Assembly (NCBI GenBank): GCA_041690595.1 | Contig: JAWLHB010000001.1 | Span: 1 to 64,000, forward strand | Direction: 5' to 3' | Source of the DNA: Lentisphaeria bacterium | GTDB taxonomy: Bacteria > Verrucomicrobiota > Lentisphaeria > JABSQK01 > JAWLHB01 | DNA length: 64,000 nucleotides | Part shown: piece after piece, positions 1-8,740 of the stretch | Layout of the letters: every line of letters starts with the position of its first letter | Position numbering within the stretch: position 1 is the stretch's first letter | The notes under the pieces: model-generated | Database searches by the model: none | Seen by the model: only the letters and a program-made list of their open reading frames with translations | Told to the model about the DNA's origin: nothing | Translations under genes and position numbers: made by a program

Positions 1-336
1 CTCGGCCTCACCTCCGGCCCCCAGCGCCCATGAGCAAGCCATCGAAATCCGGGCGACCAACTTTACAGACGCCTGAGCCTATCCCACTGAGGTCTGGTTT
101 ACGTTTATGGTAGTGGCGATGACAGAGTGTCCGGAAGGTCTGGGTATGTCAACCGGCAAGGTGAATGGATGTGGTGGATAGATGAATAGATGGAATGCGC
201 GAAGTAACTGCTCTGGTTGCGCACGGACGAAATCGAAGCGCGGATCAGGTGCAGATGATGGAAAGACTGGCGGACGAAACTGGTGGCTGCGATTATTGAA
301 TGTCTTCTCGGTCTTCCGAAAGCTGCGTGGAGAGTA

Positions 337-720
337 ATGAACGACTTGTCAATAATGCTGAATGCGAAGCGGCGCAGGATTTTTCTCTGGGCTCTGATTA
401 TCGTTTTTATTGTTCATCTATTCACAGCAAATATTCTGCCAGCGATTTCAATACTTCGTGATTCCCATAACCAAGTAAAGCAGATGGATCCTTCTGAGCC
501 GTACAGCAGCTTTCTCTATTTATCGACCTCCGGAAATATACTGTGGCCTGATAGGCTATACTATATTTTGATGTGGCCAACGACGTATAGTTCCGTTCCG
601 GAATCCGTTTGGGTGGAGCTGGGAGTTCGATTTGTCATGGCGATGATCTGGGCATCATGCGCCGGATTCATAGTCTGCACGCTGTCCGGGTATACTCTGC
701 GCAAAAAGAAGAACATTTAA
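337..720 (+). CDS. Small hypothetical membrane protein (about 127 aa, 2 hydrophobic segments)
   Basis: ATG at 337 after GGAGAG, in frame with the 283..720 ORF; hydrophobic runs IFLWALIIVFIVHLF and FVMAMIWASCAGFIVC; visibly AT-richer than the rest of the window. Confidence 0.55.
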   Translation: MNDLSIMLNAKRRRIFLWALIIVFIVHLFTANILPAISILRDSHNQVKQMDPSEPYSSFLYLSTSGNILWPDRLYYILMWPTTYSSVPESVWVELGVRFVMAMIWASCAGFIVCTLSGYTLRKKKNI

Positions 721-859
721 ACACAAGACGCGGGATCCAGAATCTGGCGGAGTTCACCACAAAGGTTTAGAATAGCAACAAAAAATGGTTCGATGGCTTT
801 CAACGCGATGATGTAATGAACGGTACCTGAGTGATCATATAAAAGTTACTTGTAATCAA

Positions 860-1130
860 CTTCGTGCTCTTCGTGTTCTTCGTGGTTATCCTAATAGCGT
901 CAGATGTCGGTTGATGTGAACGTTCGCCCCCATGCCGGAAATCCTTTGGTTACGGCCAACGATCATCAGGCTCATCAGTCTGCTTCGTGGGGAAGAGAAT
1001 CCGGAATGCAGTCACCCACGCCACCTCCTCTCCGCGCCCCCATTCTTCATGTTCTTCAAGCTCTTCATGGTGAGCTTCCCTTTCTGCTTTCGTCCCCATC
1101 CTCCTCCGGGACCTCTGAGTTCTCTGTGGC
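860..1130. repeat. Three triplets of degenerate 9-bp tandem repeats
   Basis: 860-886 cttcgtgct/cttcgtgtt/cttcgtggt; 1045-1071 cttcatgtt/cttcaagct/cttcatggt; 1104-1130 ctccgggac/ctctgagtt/ctctgtggc. Confidence 0.7.
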
Positions 1131-1212
1131 ATAGCTGCCCGCGTTCCCACGGGCACCTCAGCCCAAGCCGAGCTGCCAAGCGCGAAATGTCTTCCCCGAG
1201 CAGAAATTGTAT

Positions 1213-1240
1213 TTGAAATAACCGGTTATCATGGTAGAAT
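1213..1240 (+). promoter_or_regulatory. Sigma70-like promoter with a LacI-type operator palindrome in the spacer
   Basis: TTGAAA (1213-18), 16 bp, TAGAAT (1235-40) preceded by TGn; perfect palindrome ATAACCGGTTAT at 1218-1229. Confidence 0.6.
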
Positions 1241-1281
1241 AGTCTGGTGGATCCCCGGCACCCAATCGAAGGTGATGGCAG

Positions 1282-2412
1282 ATGAGCAAGGCTTCAGTCA
1301 GGGTAGAGGCATCTGAACAGGTGGCGCGACATGTCACGTTGCGCGATGTAGCACATGCCTGCGGCTTGAGTGTATATCCGGTGTCGCGGGTCCTCAACGG
1401 CAAGCCTGGCGTGACGGAGGAAACGGCGGCGAAGGTGATGAAGGTCGCGGCGGAGCTGGGCTACAACCGGGCTCAGAACGACCTTGCGCGGCGTTTGTCT
1501 CTGCGCAAATCCGGCAAGACGCCCATCAATCACCTCATCGGTGTACTGATGCCGAGCCATTTGGAGAAGGTGAACTTCTTCTTCAGCCTCTTTCGCGGCA
1601 TCCTGGAAACGCTCTCGTCTTCGGGCTATGGAATGCTGATGATGCCCACCTACAATCTGGTGGAGCACCGGGGAGTGCCCATTCATTTTTCGCCGTCGGT
1701 TGTACGCGGGGAGGTGGATGGCCTCGTCATTCATCAGCGTCTTGACAGCAGCCTGGTTCGGTACCTGCGTCAGGATGCCGGCTTTGGCGACCGCCCGATC
1801 GTCACCATGACCTCTGCCATGGATGAGCATCCTGCTGTGTTGCGCGACGAGCGCCTCGGCGCCAGACTCGCTTTGGCACATCTGCTCGCGCTGGGGCACC
1901 GGCGCATCCTCTATTTCACGCGGCAGACCGTCGGCTATCCACTGGACGAACGTCTGATCGGGTATTCGGATGCCTGTGCCGAGGCCGGTCTTCCCATGGC
2001 GCAATGCCTGATCCCCGTGCCAATTGTCCACGATTTCCTGGCCGAAGAGCCGCTGTGCGCTGCCCTTCGGGATCATCCCGAGGCCACCGCACTCATGGCG
2101 CAGAACGATCCCACCGCCCTGGACGCCTGCTATACCATCCAGCGCCTTGGTCGCCGCATCCCTGACGATATCAGCGTGATCGGCTGGGATGACAGCGATC
2201 CGTTCCCGGATGAGACCGGCAGAAACCAGTTGACCAGCGTCCATTTTGACCTCGTTGGACTCGGCAGAAAGGCCGCCGGCAACCTGATCAGCCTGATTGA
2301 GGGTGACGAAGTCGCCGTCGACCAGGTTGTCATGCCCCCAACCTTGATGGCACGCGGTACGACCGCCCCGCCACTAGAGCCAAGTTGCGGAAATCGAACG
2401 CACCCTCACTAA
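1282..2412 (+). CDS. LacI-family transcriptional regulator
   Basis: N-terminal [26 protein letters not shown]...AELGY; sugar-binding domain motifs [22 protein letters not shown]. Confidence 0.93.
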   Translation: MSKASVRVEASEQVARHVTLRDVAHACGLSVYPVSRVLNGKPGVTEETAAKVMKVAAELGYNRAQNDLARRLSLRKSGKTPINHLIGVLMPSHLEKVNFFFSLFRGILETLSSSGYGMLMMPTYNLVEHRGVPIHFSPSVVRGEVDGLVIHQRLDSSLVRYLRQDAGFGDRPIVTMTSAMDEHPAVLRDERLGARLALAHLLALGHRRILYFTRQTVGYPLDERLIGYSDACAEAGLPMAQCLIPVPIVHDFLAEEPLCAALRDHPEATALMAQNDPTALDACYTIQRLGRRIPDDISVIGWDDSDPFPDETGRNQLTSVHFDLVGLGRKAAGNLISLIEGDEVAVDQVVMPPTLMARGTTAPPLEPSCGNRTHPH

Positions 2413-2434
2413 CCTGCTTACAGGGAGATTGATC

Positions 2435-3361
2435 ATGGCACACACAGACACGGATGGCCGGAATGGACAGAACCTGACGCACGAACGCCTCCTCCACGTG
2501 CAGCCGAAGCACACCCTGCATAGCGGTTTCACATTGATAGAGCTGCTGGTGGTGGTGGCGATCATCGCCATTCTCGCCAGTCTGCTTTTGCCTGCCTTGG
2601 GCAAGGCACGCGCCAAGGCTCGTCAAGCCAACTGCGCGAACAACCTCAAGCAGATCTACCTGGCCACCGCCTTATACGCGGATGATTACGAGAGCCATCT
2701 GCCGCCGTTTCGATGGGAATTCGACGGTGGCAACGTCACCAGCAATCCCCGCCCCGTGGGATACGGATCTCTTCATTCATCCGGTAAGCTCTATCCGGAA
2801 ACCACCAACGCGCGTCAGTTTTACGGTATTGGCCTGCTCTACGTGCAGGGCTATCTCAGGTCGGGGCAATCGATCATCTGCCCTTCGCCGTTATCGGATA
2901 TGGCTCAGTATCCATTCGGCTACTCCTCCGGCAGCATTCTGGCCGCGCTGCTCGACTCACGGGTTGCCAACCCCGTCCAGTCAGCGGTCGCCGGCACGTA
3001 TGTGTATGGGGGCGGCCATTTCTACATCAAGGCTCAAGCAGGCGGGCACATCGGCGAGATCGGGCGCAACGGCGGCTACCATGATTCGCCTGCCCCCTAC
3101 TACAACGCCGGAAAGGGGATCCCGCAGACCAGCTACTATCAGTGCCGCTTCAATGCCACTGGCACCAACGCCGGCAATGCCAAATACGCGTGTCACGAGA
3201 CGGAGGGGCTGAACAGCGCCTTTGCCGACGGCCACGTCAAATGGATCCGAATCCCAGTCTCAGTCGCCGCCGCATGGTGGGACACCGTGCGCGGTAATGA
3301 TGAGGGCGGCGGCGACAACAAGGGAATCTGGCCATACGTCTCCTGGGCAGATACTCAATAA
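2435..3361 (+). CDS. Prepilin-type N-terminal cleavage/methylation domain protein (DUF1559-like, C-terminal H-X9-DG-type motif)
   Basis: [34 protein letters not shown]-terminal [24 protein letters not shown] before ATG 2435. Confidence 0.9.
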   Translation: MAHTDTDGRNGQNLTHERLLHVQPKHTLHSGFTLIELLVVVAIIAILASLLLPALGKARAKARQANCANNLKQIYLATALYADDYESHLPPFRWEFDGGNVTSNPRPVGYGSLHSSGKLYPETTNARQFYGIGLLYVQGYLRSGQSIICPSPLSDMAQYPFGYSSGSILAALLDSRVANPVQSAVAGTYVYGGGHFYIKAQAGGHIGEIGRNGGYHDSPAPYYNAGKGIPQTSYYQCRFNATGTNAGNAKYACHETEGLNSAFADGHVKWIRIPVSVAAAWWDTVRGNDEGGGDNKGIWPYVSWADTQ

Positions 3362-3403
3362 CCAACCCGAACCGGCTGCACCATCATCAGAGGAAAGAAG
3401 CCA

Positions 3404-5080
3404 ATGCCCGTACGATTACTCCTCCTATGTCTGCTCCTGCTTTGTCTCCTGCCCACGACGCCTGCTCCAGCCACCGATTTCTACGTGGACAACGTGCTCG
3501 GCAACGACAAGCTGGACGGCATGTCACCCACGGTCGATGGCCAGACTGGCCCCTTCGCCAGCATCGCCAGCGCGGTGGCGCTGGTCAAGCCTGGCGACAC
3601 TGTTCACCTCGCGTCGACAGGTCGCGCCTACCGTCAGAGCCTCGTCATCAACGGCTTGCAGGGCGAAGTCGATCGGCCGATCGTCTTCGACGGCCACGGC
3701 GCCTGGTTGACCGGCGCCGACCACTTGTCGCCGGAACAGTGGGTGCCCTCGGAGGAAGGGCCGGAAGGCACCCTGGTACTGACCGGCGTCCAGCTCGATC
3801 AGCCGTGGTGGAACACCCTGTGTATCGACGGCCAGATGCTCTGGGGGGAGAGCAACCAGGATGCGTTGGCAACCGGCGAGTTCTACTGGTGGGCCGACCA
3901 GAAGACGCTGTACTGCCGCTTTTCAGCCGAACTGGCGACGGCCACGATCGAGGTCGGCATGGCGGATGGCACGACGGTCCTGCTGCCGCCGGAAGCGTGG
4001 GGGCTTACCAACTTTCCCAAGGTCCCGGGTCTGAAGCGCAATCGCGGTCTCAAGGCGGCGCCGGTCTGGGTCAAAATTGCCGGTCAGAATGCCCCCCTCG
4101 TCGACCAGCCGGCACTCGACCGGCTGCCGCCGGGACGCTTCTACAACAACGGGAAAACCTTCTTCTATCGCCCGCCCGAAGGTCGGAGCATCCAGGAGAT
4201 GCGGATGATGGCTGTCCTGCGAGCCAGCGGCGTCGCCTTGAACGGGACCAACCGCCACCTGATCTTCAAGAACTTCAACACCGTCTACCTCGGTAACGAC
4301 GGCTACAACATTCATGGCGACAGCAAGGAGATCACCTTCCTGAACTGCAACGCCTTCTTTACCGGCGACGAAGGATTCAGTTCACACGACCATTGCGATA
4401 CTATTCTGGACGGCGGACTCTTCCTGCAATGCAACAGCGGCATCCACAACGTCAACAATTGCTCAACCCTGATCCGCAACGTGATCGTCGACAACTCCGG
4501 TCTGCGAAACGATCGCGCGGACACGAAGAGCGGGATTCGTCCCAATGAAATCAGCAACACCATTCTGATTGGCTGCGGTATTGGCACCACCCAGACCGTG
4601 ATGGACAATGTGTTGCTCGTCAACGGCGGTATGCATCTGGGTGTCGACGTGAATGCCAGAAACGTGACCATCCTTGGCGTCCCCCTCATGGTTCGCGTCG
4701 ATAGCGGCGCATCGGTTACCTTGGACTCCTGCCTCTTTCAACAGAAGGACAGCGTCATTCATGCGCGGATGGAAGATCCCGCGGCTGCATTGTCCTTCAA
4801 GCGTCTCTGGTTTGATCCCACCACAGCCATGGAGTGGGGGATCAGGCATCCATGGACCCGTCAGCCTCTCGACGCGTGGCTGGAGGCACATCCCGCCAAC
4901 GCTGCCGGCGGCAACGCCATTGAACTTGGGCTGGCTGCCGCTCTGGAAGCCGGAGAAATTCCGGACGAGCTGCTCGCCGGCATGGGATGCAGCAGAGAAC
5001 TGCTCCAGCGGTATCTCGAGTTTCGCCCACGGCACCAGGCGCTGATCAGGGAGGCGCTGGACATGGCGTGGGGAGAGTGA
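3404..5080 (+). CDS. Secreted right-handed beta-helix (pectin-lyase-fold) protein
   Basis: Signal peptide; FYVDNVLGND...GPFASIASAVALVKPGDTVHL start typical of beta-helix enzymes; NDGYNIHG and DEGFSSHD repeats. Confidence 0.75.
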   Translation: MPVRLLLLCLLLLCLLPTTPAPATDFYVDNVLGNDKLDGMSPTVDGQTGPFASIASAVALVKPGDTVHLASTGRAYRQSLVINGLQGEVDRPIVFDGHGAWLTGADHLSPEQWVPSEEGPEGTLVLTGVQLDQPWWNTLCIDGQMLWGESNQDALATGEFYWWADQKTLYCRFSAELATATIEVGMADGTTVLLPPEAWGLTNFPKVPGLKRNRGLKAAPVWVKIAGQNAPLVDQPALDRLPPGRFYNNGKTFFYRPPEGRSIQEMRMMAVLRASGVALNGTNRHLIFKNFNTVYLGNDGYNIHGDSKEITFLNCNAFFTGDEGFSSHDHCDTILDGGLFLQCNSGIHNVNNCSTLIRNVIVDNSGLRNDRADTKSGIRPNEISNTILIGCGIGTTQTVMDNVLLVNGGMHLGVDVNARNVTILGVPLMVRVDSGASVTLDSCLFQQKDSVIHARMEDPAAALSFKRLWFDPTTAMEWGIRHPWTRQPLDAWLEAHPANAAGGNAIELGLAAALEAGEIPDELLAGMGCSRELLQRYLEFRPRHQALIREALDMAWGE

Positions 5081-5170
5081 GGCTACACGTCGCTCTGCTG
5101 TCAGACCAGGCGAATCGAACTCCGTGGACTCTGTCGCGTCCCGGTATCGGATAAACAAGGGGGAAACCAG

Positions 5171-8100
5171 ATGATCCGAATGTGTAGGCTTGTGCCGCTT
5201 TTGCTCGCGTTCTTCACCGCCATCCGAATCGCTGGGGCTGCAAACTCCGTTTCCTCAGACCAGTGGCGGGTGGAAAGCCGCGCTGGTGATGTGGTGACGA
5301 TCAGCGACGTTGATGAGGTGCTCAAGATCGAGTTCAACGTCAACGTCGACACGGCATACCAGCTTGGCCACATGAACTTCAAGCAGGGGCAGTTCCGCCT
5401 GTTGCTGAAAGAACCGCGGATTCTGACGGAAAAGCAGAGCCGCGTCATTTTCGAAGCCAAGGGATTCATCAAGCAGCGCAACCGCAGCGGGGCACTGCAG
5501 ATGATGCCGCTGATCCGCGATGAGAGTGGGGAGATTCTGATCTACGAGCCATACCCATACCCGCATCTGCGCAACTGCACGGACAAATGGTGCAAATGGA
5601 CCACTCGCCACCTCTATGGCGGGGAAGCGGGCGGCGCCACCCAGAACATCTTTCAGCCCGAACTCAAGCCCGTCGCCGGCGATGGAAATGCATGGCCGGA
5701 CGGCAAACTGACCTTTGTCGGCTTCGACGTTCAGATTCGGCCGGCTGAGTACAAGCACGAGCAGGGTACCCTCTGGCTGGCCAGTTTTGAGTTCGGAGAT
5801 CTGCGCTTGCCTTATGAGGATCCTTACGGTTACGCCGATGCCTTCTTCTCGGAGGCCGGCGACTATCAATTGGCCGCTGAGATCCGCAACACCTTTCAGG
5901 CCCTGCCGATTCGCGAGTTCACCCAGCTGCTCAGCTATCAACCCGACTCTCCGCGAAGCCAACTGCAGCGCCTCACCTTTCCACTTGGCCCGAACGGCAA
6001 CTACTGGATCGACTACCAGATCACCAACGCCGGAGGTGAAGTAGTCGATTCCGATTCCTTTCGCCATGAAGCTGAAGGTAATCCCGATGAGACTGTGCCA
6101 GCGTTTGTCGATCCCCGGACTGCCCCGGCCATCGGCAGGGTGCGAGTCAACCCGGATCGCGGGGACCGCGGCGTATACGAGGCCCTCCCCATGCAGGTGC
6201 AACTGCGGGTCTTTCCCGGTCACGCCGAGTTCCTCGATCTCGAATGGTCCCTGGTCGCCTATCCCCACTACATCCAGGGAAAGGCGAAGCTGGATCAGGT
6301 GGTCGAACAGGGAACTGTGCGCATCCAGGCGGATGGCAAGCCCTTCGTCGACCATGGTCTCGTGCTGGCAGGGGAAGAGCGTCGCGATGCCTACCGCCTG
6401 GTGCTGGCCGTCCGCGATGGCGATCGGGTAGTCGATCGCCGTGATTATATCCTGGGCCGACGTACGGATCTCACCAGGCCGATCGACTCTCGAACCGGTC
6501 TCATCCGCGGGCGCGACCATGTCAAACGCAGCGCCTACTTTCGCACCACCTATCGTCCCGATGGCGCTGCTTCCGAGGAGGATGCCCTTCGCCAATTCGA
6601 AATCTATCTGGACGAAGCCTCCCAGATGGCGCCGTACCTCACCTATATGATCGACATGAAAGATCTCGAGATCCTGCCGGGTGTGTATGATTTTGCCGCG
6701 CTGGACCGAATCATGGATCTTGCCGCCGACAGGGGCGTGGCACTCACTGTGCGGCTGGCCCACGTCGACAGCCATGGCCCGTATCGCTGGCTTCCCTATT
6801 CACGCCAGATCAACTACGACGGCACCACGATCTTCAATCACTTCTACGGCAACTACATGCCCGTCGATCCCGACTACCTTGCCGCCTGGAAACGAGCCAA
6901 TCATGCGTTGTATGCGCGGTACAGGTTGCATCCCGCCTTTCAGGGCTACTACGTCATGGAGGCAGGCGGCGAATCGATGATCCTGGACAAGCCCTGGCTG
7001 GGTGTCGTCTCAGGCTATTCATCCACCATGCAGACCGCCTTCCGCCGCTACCTTCGGGAGCAGCTCGATCTCGATCTGGAAGGACTCAATTCGCGCTGGG
7101 GGGAAAGCTTTGCCGACTGGCAAGCGGTGGTCCCGCCCGCGCCTGACTTCCGCTCCGGCGTTCGCCCCGACCTGCGCCTCCAGTGGCTCGACTTCTGCCG
7201 CTTCAAGACCTACCTCAACAACCGCTTCTGGTTCCAGACGCTGACCGGCGACATCCGCGGCTATGACCCCGATCGCGTCGTTATCGCCTACAACGTCCAT
7301 GATCTCGATGGCCTGCTGGACAATATCGACTACATCCACGGCGGCGGTGTCCCTCAGTTGCCGGCCAATGGCGAGCATGTGGCGTTGTGGGAGCAGCATC
7401 GCATCGGCTGCATACAGGAGCCGCATCATCCCCACCGCTGGAACGCCTATCCGGCGCCTTATCTGGTTGACTGGTGCCTCTATACCATGATGAGCAGCGC
7501 CGGCGCCGGCGGTCTCAACCTGCACGTCTACTACTACCCCCCCGGTGGCTCCTACGGAGCACTTGCCGACGCCTATGGCGGGCAATGGGCATACGACCGC
7601 TATGAACGCTTCAAGCCCATCTATCGCGAACTGCACGGTGCCACCATGCTCACCAGCCTGGCCAAGGATGTGGCTGTCTACCAGGATTCGTCCACCCTCT
7701 TCACCAAGCATCGAACCACTTTTGTCCATCGACTGCCGGATCTGGCTCGCTGGTTCGAACTGCTCACACACCAGGGCGTCGAGTACGAAAAGCTGCGTAA
7801 CGACAGGCTCAACGAGTATAAGCTGGTTCTGCCGAACCTCCTCGACGAAGTCGTCAGCCGTGAAACCGTCGACATGCTCGACGGCTATACGCGCCAGGGC
7901 GGCAAGATCATCATCTCAGCCCTGACCGGCCGTTACTGCCCGGAAAACGGCACCGAGGAGTTCGTCCTGCTCAAGACACTCGGCATTGATCCTCCCCAGG
8001 GCAAGTACGTGCAGGCAGGACTCGACGTCACCGCCACCGCCACCGCCGCCAGCCCGCTGCTGGATTCCGGGCAGACCATCCCTTTCTACACCCTCGACTC

Positions 8101-8734
8101 GTTGCGTCACGACCCCACCACCAAAGAGGTGCAGTCGCGTTTCTTTCAGTGGCCATTCCGATGGATTCCGCAGACCGACTACTTTGGGTACTATCGCGAC
8201 AACACGACCACCAACGGCGATGTCTGGGCCCGTTTCTCCGGCGGTGGCGTTGCCATGTCGCGTCATCGGGTAGGGCAGGGCGAAGTCGTTGTACTGTGGG
8301 GCATTCCAGATTACTGGCCGGAGAAGCTTCCCGAGTTCATGAAGCGTGCCGCCAGGTGGGCCGGCGTAGAGCAGTCCACCATTGACAACCCGATCCCCTT
8401 GATGATGGAATGCCAGCGCAGGACCGGCGACAAGGTTGCGCGCCACTATGCCGTCGTCTGGTGCGGTCAGCCACGTTTCGGCGTGACACCGGGCACCTTC
8501 CGGCAGAAGATTCCCGGCGCGCCCGATGGCACGTGGTTCGTCGATGACATGGTCAGCGGCCGCAGGTACGGCTGGTATCGGGGGGATGAACTGCGCGACC
8601 AGGGAATTGACCTGACCTTTGAGGAGAACAACACGGCCCTGCAGGTCGTGCGTATGATTCCCGGCACCCCCCGGCAGTGGCCGGAATGGGGCAAACGCTA
8701 TCGCCAACTGCCGGAGCCGGCAAATGAGGAGTAA
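5171..8734 (+). CDS. Large secreted GH42-like (clan GH-A) glycoside hydrolase
   Basis: Signal peptide; LEILPGVYDFAALDRIMDLAADRGV, FRRYLRE...LNSRWG, WLDFCRF; later segment resembling the trimerisation domain (YTRQGGKII). Confidence 0.7.
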   Translation: MIRMCRLVPLLLAFFTAIRIAGAANSVSSDQWRVESRAGDVVTISDVDEVLKIEFNVNVDTAYQLGHMNFKQGQFRLLLKEPRILTEKQSRVIFEAKGFIKQRNRSGALQMMPLIRDESGEILIYEPYPYPHLRNCTDKWCKWTTRHLYGGEAGGATQNIFQPELKPVAGDGNAWPDGKLTFVGFDVQIRPAEYKHEQGTLWLASFEFGDLRLPYEDPYGYADAFFSEAGDYQLAAEIRNTFQALPIREFTQLLSYQPDSPRSQLQRLTFPLGPNGNYWIDYQITNAGGEVVDSDSFRHEAEGNPDETVPAFVDPRTAPAIGRVRVNPDRGDRGVYEALPMQVQLRVFPGHAEFLDLEWSLVAYPHYIQGKAKLDQVVEQGTVRIQADGKPFVDHGLVLAGEERRDAYRLVLAVRDGDRVVDRRDYILGRRTDLTRPIDSRTGLIRGRDHVKRSAYFRTTYRPDGAASEEDALRQFEIYLDEASQMAPYLTYMIDMKDLEILPGVYDFAALDRIMDLAADRGVALTVRLAHVDSHGPYRWLPYSRQINYDGTTIFNHFYGNYMPVDPDYLAAWKRANHALYARYRLHPAFQGYYVMEAGGESMILDKPWLGVVSGYSSTMQTAFRRYLREQLDLDLEGLNSRWGESFADWQAVVPPAPDFRSGVRPDLRLQWLDFCRFKTYLNNRFWFQTLTGDIRGYDPDRVVIAYNVHDLDGLLDNIDYIHGGGVPQLPANGEHVALWEQHRIGCIQEPHHPHRWNAYPAPYLVDWCLYTMMSSAGAGGLNLHVYYYPPGGSYGALADAYGGQWAYDRYERFKPIYRELHGATMLTSLAKDVAVYQDSSTLFTKHRTTFVHRLPDLARWFELLTHQGVEYEKLRNDRLNEYKLVLPNLLDEVVSRETVDMLDGYTRQGGKIIISALTGRYCPENGTEEFVLLKTLGIDPPQGKYVQAGLDVTATATAASPLLDSGQTIPFYTLDSLRHDPTTKEVQSRFFQWPFRWIPQTDYFGYYRDNTTTNGDVWARFSGGGVAMSRHRVGQGEVVVLWGIPDYWPEKLPEFMKRAARWAGVEQSTIDNPIPLMMECQRRTGDKVARHYAVVWCGQPRFGVTPGTFRQKIPGAPDGTWFVDDMVSGRRYGWYRGDELRDQGIDLTFEENNTALQVVRMIPGTPRQWPEWGKRYRQLPEPANEE

Positions 8735-8740
8735 CTACCC

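Noticed and set aside
860..1130. Possible CRISPR array
   Set aside because: Units are 9 bp, directly tandem and have no unique spacers; no cas genes
1658..1667. 10-bp match (TGGTGGAGCA) to the tRNA-Ala 3' end as a possible att repeat
   Set aside because: Short, inside an intact LacI coding sequence, and no integrase nearby; compatible with chance
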